Below, piece by piece: positions 59,433-64,000 of a DNA stretch of 64,000 nt. The notes under the pieces are model-generated. The model saw only the letters and a program-made list of their open reading frames with translations, ran no database searches and was not told the DNA's origin. Source of the stretch: a virus. The translations under genes and the position numbers were made by a program. Position 1 is the stretch's first letter. Every line of letters begins with the position of its first letter. The DNA is taken from the IMG/VR virus record IMGVR_UViG_3300045988_118131; one strand, written 5' to 3'.

Positions 59433-60236
59433 CTATAAACTTTGAGAATTTCCGCAGCATCCTGTCCAAGTAGTTCCGCTGCCATTAGGAGTGAAAGGAG
59501 TACAATACAAAGGAGTGATATTAGGAACAGGAGCACATAGATTACTATAAGCATACTTTAATTCTCCATCAATTTTGTGATCTAATTGTCTTTGTAGATA
59601 AGCATCAGAAATCAAGTTTTGTTTTTCAGCTCTGCAGCAGCAATCGTCGGTATATTTGTTAGCCTTAACCTGAGTTAATTCGAACATTAATGGAAGAGCA
59701 GCAGCAGTAGCGGCTTCTTTCTTTTCAAGTTCATTAATTCTAACATTCAATCTAGTAAATATATCAGTTTTTTCCTGAATATCTTTTTCTCTATTTGCTG
59801 ACAATTTGTCGCATAGAGTAAGATTTTGAACGTTATCTCTAGTAATAAGGTCTACATACATATTACATTTTTCTCCTATATCCTGGATACGTCCTTGATA
59901 GTTTTGGTCACTCAAAACTTTAGTTTGACCATTGATATAAGTGTATAGATCTATATCATCTTGCATAGACTGTACTCTATTAGACCAAGCTAAATTATCA
60001 GCCATTTGACCTTGAGCATAAGCCATTTGCATTGCTCTTTCTGCTAAGCTACAGTTTCCGTTGTTTCCTCCAAACAGACCACCTAATAGTCCGCCATTGT
60101 TTCCACAACCGCATCCGCCGTTGTTAGATAGAGCAGCTAGACCTGTACCAATGATACCAAGAGTTAAAGCTGCATTAGTTTTACCTTTAGAACCGAACTT
60201 ATCTTCGGCTTCTGACATTGTTAAAAATTCTGCCAT
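59433..60236 (-). CDS. Gly/Cys-rich hypothetical protein (267 aa)
   Basis: ATG ORF with a TAG stop. A hydrophobic segment LTLGIIGTGLAAL is followed by GGCGCGNNGGLLGGLFGGNNGNC, a central coiled-coil-like region, and C-terminal CCC and GCCG clusters. Confidence 0.55.
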   Translation of the reverse strand: MAEFLTMSEAEDKFGSKGKTNAALTLGIIGTGLAALSNNGGCGCGNNGGLLGGLFGGNNGNCSLAERAMQMAYAQGQMADNLAWSNRVQSMQDDIDLYTYINGQTKVLSDQNYQGRIQDIGEKCNMYVDLITRDNVQNLTLCDKLSANREKDIQEKTDIFTRLNVRINELEKKEAATAAALPLMFELTQVKANKYTDDCCCRAEKQNLISDAYLQRQLDHKIDGELKYAYSNLCAPVPNITPLYCTPFTPNGSGTTWTGCCGNSQSL

Positions 60237-60331
60237 AATGTTTAAAATTGTGTGTTAGTGATTCGTCTTATCTATTTTTTACGCGTAAAATCAAATTTTT
60301 ATAGAGTAGTTTTTCCCTTTTATTTACACTG

Positions 60332-60363
60332 CAAAGATAATATAAATCTATGAGGTTGTCAAA
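60332..60363 (-). promoter_or_regulatory. Bacteroidota-type promoter (-33 TTTG, 20-nt spacer, -7 TATCTTTG)
   Basis: On the minus strand, TTTG (60360-60363) is followed by a 20-nt spacer and TATCTTTG (60332-60339). It lies about 95 nt upstream of the ATG at 60236. Confidence 0.6.
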
Positions 60364-60394
60364 TAAATTATTAAAAATTGTTAAAATTAACAAT

Positions 60395-60440
60395 TATAAA
60401 GAAAGCGTGCTAAAATCTGTTAAAAGATCTTAACACGCTT
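60395..60440 (-). terminator. hairpin terminator closing the DGR-containing transcription unit
   Basis: On the minus strand, AAGCGTGTTAAGATC-TTTTAACA-GATTTTAGCACGCTT (15-bp stem, 2 mismatches) is followed by a T-rich tract. It lies 59 nt after the TAA at 60499. Confidence 0.55.
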
Positions 60441-60498
60441 TTGTTAAAAATTATTAAATAAACTACTTATGTGATAATTATATAAATATAGACTATTA

Positions 60499-61497
60499 TT
60501 ACTTAGCTATTTCTACATAAAGACCAACTAAAGCTGATAAATCATGATATACTGGCTGTCCAGAGTTTCTAGTACATTTATAGACCACACCATTTTGTGA
60601 ATAATATTTACCAGCAAATAATTCCATATTATTATTATAAGGAATAGGATCTTCTAAAGTTCCTTGATTAGTTTCGTTAATTTCTTCATATAAAGCAGCA
60701 GTATGAATTGAAGGTGGTTGATTTTCTAATACAGTAGCTATAGTCTGTTTAACTTTATATAATTTATTTTGATACAATACTTTCATTCCAGTATCTAATT
60801 TTCCACCTACAAAAGATTCCCATTTAGGATAAAGTAATTTCATTGAAAGAGATTGTTCATCTGTAAGTTCCAAAGTGTTAATAAATGATTGTGCAAATAA
60901 TACACTTTGATTTACTACAGAATTTTCTTCATATTCTTTTGCAGCTGTTACTAAACCTTCAGAAGTTAATTCTACCTTATCAGGAAATTTAATATCATAA
61001 TTCACTTTTTCCAAATCTTCTAAAGAAGTACACTTCTTAATAGAATCTATTAAATCTTCTCTATTACTTTCACAAGTTTCATAGTATTCATTTAATCTAA
61101 TCATTGCTTGTAAAGCAGACTTACTGTCTAATGAGATACCACAATCTACACAAGGAATAGTAACATTAGCATCACTATTTTCACATTTAATTTTAATAGT
61201 AGATATAGCATCTTTACTTAATACACATTTATGACCATTAATTGATGTTTCGTTTTTAATAAAAAATTCATTACACCAACTTATAATGGTTTGTTTAATA
61301 TCTTCTATAGATGGTTTAAAATAGAACCTTTCATAAGTCCAAGTAGCTAAATTAGTTGGAATTGTTCCAGGTTCGTTTTCTGGAGTGCCTTCTTCTTTAT
61401 CAAATACATCTTTATAATACCATCTAACTACAAAAACGTTTTCACTTTCTTGTTCAAATTGTTTGTAATTAGTCTTTAAATCAGTAATTCTAATCAT
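60499..61497 (-). CDS. hypothetical protein (332 aa) with two C-terminal CBM5/12-like repeats
   Basis: ATG ORF starting 3 nt after the RT stop. The repeats GMKVLYQNKLYKVKQ...PPSIHTAALYEEI and GKYYSQNGVVYKCTRNSGQPVYHDLSALVGLYVEI resemble small carbohydrate-binding modules. The resemblance is weak. Confidence 0.5.
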   Translation of the reverse strand: MIRITDLKTNYKQFEQESENVFVVRWYYKDVFDKEEGTPENEPGTIPTNLATWTYERFYFKPSIEDIKQTIISWCNEFFIKNETSINGHKCVLSKDAISTIKIKCENSDANVTIPCVDCGISLDSKSALQAMIRLNEYYETCESNREDLIDSIKKCTSLEDLEKVNYDIKFPDKVELTSEGLVTAAKEYEENSVVNQSVLFAQSFINTLELTDEQSLSMKLLYPKWESFVGGKLDTGMKVLYQNKLYKVKQTIATVLENQPPSIHTAALYEEINETNQGTLEDPIPYNNNMELFAGKYYSQNGVVYKCTRNSGQPVYHDLSALVGLYVEIAK

Positions 61498-61499
61498 AA

Positions 61500-62699
61500 T
61501 TAATAGTTGTTTTGAATTATTTTGTTTAATAATCTATGCTTAGTAGTATATTCTTCCTTACATATAAATTTACTATAATCTGGAGCTATGTCCACTACTT
61601 CATATCATCTTTTAGAAATCATATTAGCATATTTCTTTCTTATATTATAGGATTCGTATTTACCTAAAAACCCATAGTAGCTATTAAGAACGCTTATGAA
61701 ATGCTCAGCTTTTTCTGCTGGATAATATTCATATTTCTCAGCTAGATCGTTGAATTTAAATATAGTTTGATGTAAGTATGCTACTGTCCTGTTTGCAGAA
61801 TATTTAAACTTACCTTTAACTACAGCTCCTATAAATTTACAACCTTTCTTATAATATTGAATGTATAATTTCTTAGGGTGTAAAACTATTTTAAGATTAT
61901 CTTTTAAGTAATTTCTTATTCACGGAACAGAATCTAATAGTAGTTTTTTGTCTTTACTTATTACAAAGAAGTCGTCTACATATCTGCCATAGTATTTGAA
62001 TTTCTCTACCATTAGTTTGTCAAAAGTATTCAAATAAAAATTAGCAAACATTTGACTTGTTAAATTACCAATTGGCAGTCCATAATCTTTGTCTACAGTA
62101 AATAAAGATTTATTAGCTGGCAAATCATCTCACATGAAATCTGGAGATTTTCTAATACAATTGTTTTGAGGGCAATTGTTTACAATTTTTGTTACTAGTT
62201 CTAGTATTATATCAACATCATCTTCTTTATAATTTTCTTTTATAAAAGTTATTAACATTTTCAATAAAGTAGGTTTGTGGATAGACATAAAAAATCCTTG
62301 CAGATCAAATTTAGCAATGTAACAAGGTTGAGTGTAGTTTTCACTACACTCTTTTACTTGTTCATGAAGTCTATTTATTCCGTATAGAGTTCCTTTCTCT
62401 ACTCTACAATTGTAATTGTCTTTTATAAATTCTCTCTCAAATAAGGGTTCTAATCTTAACATAACTAAATGATGTACAACCCTATCTCTGAAATCAGCTG
62501 CAAATACCTCTCTCTTTTTAGGTTTAGTTACTATAAATGCTATACTTCTTCCTATCTCATAAGTTCCATCCATAATATCTTTGTATAGTTTAGCACATTC
62601 TATTTCCCAATTTATTTCAAATTTTAATGCATTACAAGTATTTCTCTTATTTTTTCTGCATTTGTAATAAGCAGAAATTACATCCTCTAAAGCAATCAT
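61500..62699 (-). CDS. DGR reverse transcriptase (399 aa with TGA as sense)
   Basis: ORFs 62130..62699 and 61920..62123 and the open frame down to TAA at 61500 are joined by TGA at 62130, 61920 and 61605. Motifs: FAADFRDRVVHH, LPIGNLTSQMFANFYLN (the DGR-type IGxxxSQ) and YGRYVDDFFVIS (YxDD). Confidence 0.85.
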
Positions 62700-62724
62700 A
62701 CAATATAATTAGGGCACTTAAAGA

Positions 62725-63121
62725 ATATCAGGGACGACAGTAGAGGGTGAAGTTCTTATCGTTGTTGTTGATGTTCAGTGTTGTTATCATAAAGCATTTT
62801 ATTCTTTATTTCATATAGTTTTCCATTCTATATGCTCAGACTATATCTTTATCCTAACAGGATAATGGGCGCTCGTGTTAGTATTATGTTCTCTTAAAAT
62901 TTAATTCGGATTTTTCTTTTAAATGGTAAGAGTTTCAACTATTAGTCGTTGAACCTTCTAAAGTTGTTAAGCTCTAGCTTGGCTGCTGATTGTCCATATT
63001 AATAGGAGGATTTCCAGCAATTCACCCATTTTTCTAATATTCATTACTGAATATTGAGGCTTGTTTAGTAAACCACTATCTCAATTCAATTTCCACGCGT
63101 TGTTCGACGAGTACTCCGTTG
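62725..63121 (-). repeat. DGR template repeat (TR), split: 5' part 63072-63121, 3' part 62725-62775
   Basis: When joined, the two parts give 101 nt collinear with the VR at 63746-63846. 91 of 101 positions are identical, and all 10 mismatches are at TR adenines (minus-strand sense). Confidence 0.9.
62776..63071 (-). ncRNA. ORF-less group I intron (296 nt) inside the DGR template repeat
   Basis: The boundaries are fixed by collinearity with the VR. The upstream TR segment ends in U and the intron ends in G. Core elements: P GAAUUGCUGGAAA (63011-63023), Q ACAAUCAGCAGCC (62981-62993), R GGUUCAACGACUAAUAG (62939-62955), S AAAGAUAUAGUCUGAGC (62834-62850). P2 is AAUAUUCA-GUAA-UGAAUAUU. P4 is UGCUGG/UCAGCA. 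Confidence 0.85.
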
Positions 63122-63312
63122 CGTTCTTACGATTATATTGTCTTAGCTATTTCGTGTATTTTTATATATAATTTTTGTAATATTTTTACACGGGTCTAGC
63201 ACGTAAGCAGCTTCTTTAAGTTTGTTTAAAATAAATAAATAACATCTTACTCTAAACTTAGGCTCCTCCTAGCATAACCTTAGTCACACTAGCTCTATTT
63301 TATATATTGTTG

Positions 63313-63693
63313 TTAAGATGCTTGCATACATAAGCATTCCTCTATATTAGAGAAATGTTGAACGAAACGTGCTTGTTGTTGATAACTTATCAACTCTTTT
63401 TCAAAACTGGCTCTTATAAGTATTTTTACCGTTTCGTATTTAACCCTATATTTTTCTAGACAACTTTGTCTAGTATTAGGATTTTCCCAGTTTTGATGAG
63501 CTAGCGCCAAATAGGCTACTAGCTCACAACTATTATCCATAATTCTGTCTCCTAATGTAAATCTTGAGTTTTTAGGAAACGTTTCTATACATCCTATTAC
63601 TTCTAACATAAACTTATATGTTTTCTCATATAACGGTAAGCTTTCTATCTTACTTTTCATGTCATATTGCTCTTTTGTTTTAGTTTTTAACAA
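63313..63693 (-). CDS. avd: DGR accessory variability determinant (Avd)-like four-helix-bundle protein
   Basis: 115-126 aa, located between VR and TR as in canonical DGRs. The motif FPKNSRFTLGDRIMDNSCELVAYLALA is typical of the Avd / S23-intervening-sequence protein family. The start is probably the ATG at 63658-63660. Confidence 0.7.
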   Translation of the reverse strand: MLKTKTKEQYDMKSKIESLPLYEKTYKFMLEVIGCIETFPKNSRFTLGDRIMDNSCELVAYLALAHQNWENPNTRQSCLEKYRVKYETVKILIRASFEKELISYQQQARFVQHFSNIEECLCMQAS

Positions 63694-63698
63694 AGTTA
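63691..63698 (-). promoter_or_regulatory. candidate -7 box TAACTTTG upstream of avd-TR-RT
   Basis: Matches TAnnTTTG on the minus strand between the target-gene stop and the avd ATG. No clear -33 element. Confidence 0.35.
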
Positions 63699-63736
63699 AT
63701 TTTACTTATATTGTTTCATTTAATTTCATCTATATT

Positions 63737-64000
63737 TTATAGTACATATCAGGGACGACAGTAGAGGGTGAAGCGCTTACCGCTGCTGATGATGGTACCA
63801 CTATCTCAACTCAATTCCCACGCGTCGTTCGACGAGTACTCCGTTGAAGCCCAATGATAACCTGTAAGCATAGCTGTACCTCCAATTTTACTTAGAGCAC
63901 TATCTACCTGAGATTTATTATTATAAGCTGTTTGTCATTCACCCAAAGCTGGAAGGTATCCTTTTCTATTTTCACCCCCAATATTAATGGACTTCGATCT
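63737..64000 (-). CDS. DGR target protein, C-terminal part (partial; gene continues beyond the window)
   Basis: Translation: ...NRKGYLPALGE[TGA]QTAYNNKSQVDSALSKIGGTAMLTGYHWASTEYSSNDAWELS[TGA]DSGTIISSGKRFTLYCRP[TGA]YVL-TAA. This matches the DUF1566/C-type-lectin-fold pattern of DGR variable proteins (YWSSTE..NAW.VNF.NG....K....VR.V). Confidence 0.8.
63746..63846 (-). repeat. DGR variable repeat (VR)
   Basis: 101 nt at the 3' end of the target gene. It differs from the spliced TR only at 10 adenine-templated positions (for example AAC to GAC, ACC, ATC, AGC or CGC). Confidence 0.9.

Noticed and set aside
62725-63121. The two half-repeats could be two independent short TRs serving two VRs
   Set aside because: Only one VR exists in the window, and it is collinear with both halves joined without a gap. 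The intervening 296 nt has a full set of group I core elements and U/G boundaries.

Overview
AT-rich dsDNA phage window with crAss-like (Crassvirales-type) architecture. A short plus-strand module (122-4759) encodes a Sir2-like protein, a HAD phosphatase-like protein, a GatB/YqeY protein and a dNMP kinase. It converges at about 4.8 kb on a roughly 59 kb minus-strand block of giant virion or RNAP-like genes, tail and capsid genes, and a retroelement. Four points stand out. (1) TGA is a sense codon in the minus-strand block. About 50 in-frame TGAs join track ORFs that share one frame, and every merged gene ends in TAA or TAG. One TGA falls on the Trp of a DUF192 FWMKNT motif, which supports TGA=Trp (code 4-like). 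(2) The largest gene (about 3097 aa, RNAP-like) is split inside a DYDID metal-site-like motif by a 1083-nt group I intron that carries a LAGLIDADG homing endonuclease gene. (3) A complete diversity-generating retroelement (DGR) lies at 61.5-64 kb: target gene with VR, then Avd, TR and RT. All 10 TR/VR mismatches fall at TR adenines. (4) The DGR template repeat is itself split in the DNA by a 296-nt ORF-less group I intron with textbook P/Q/R/S core elements, whereas the VR is contiguous. The template RNA would therefore have to self-splice before mutagenic reverse transcription. I do not know of a described natural example. Other observations: a dNMP kinase whose P-loop sits in a different frame behind a GGA-TAG context, TAnnTTTG promoter boxes of the Bacteroidota type, Rho-independent terminators, and a twice-occurring long hairpin element. 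No tRNA, rRNA or CRISPR array was seen.
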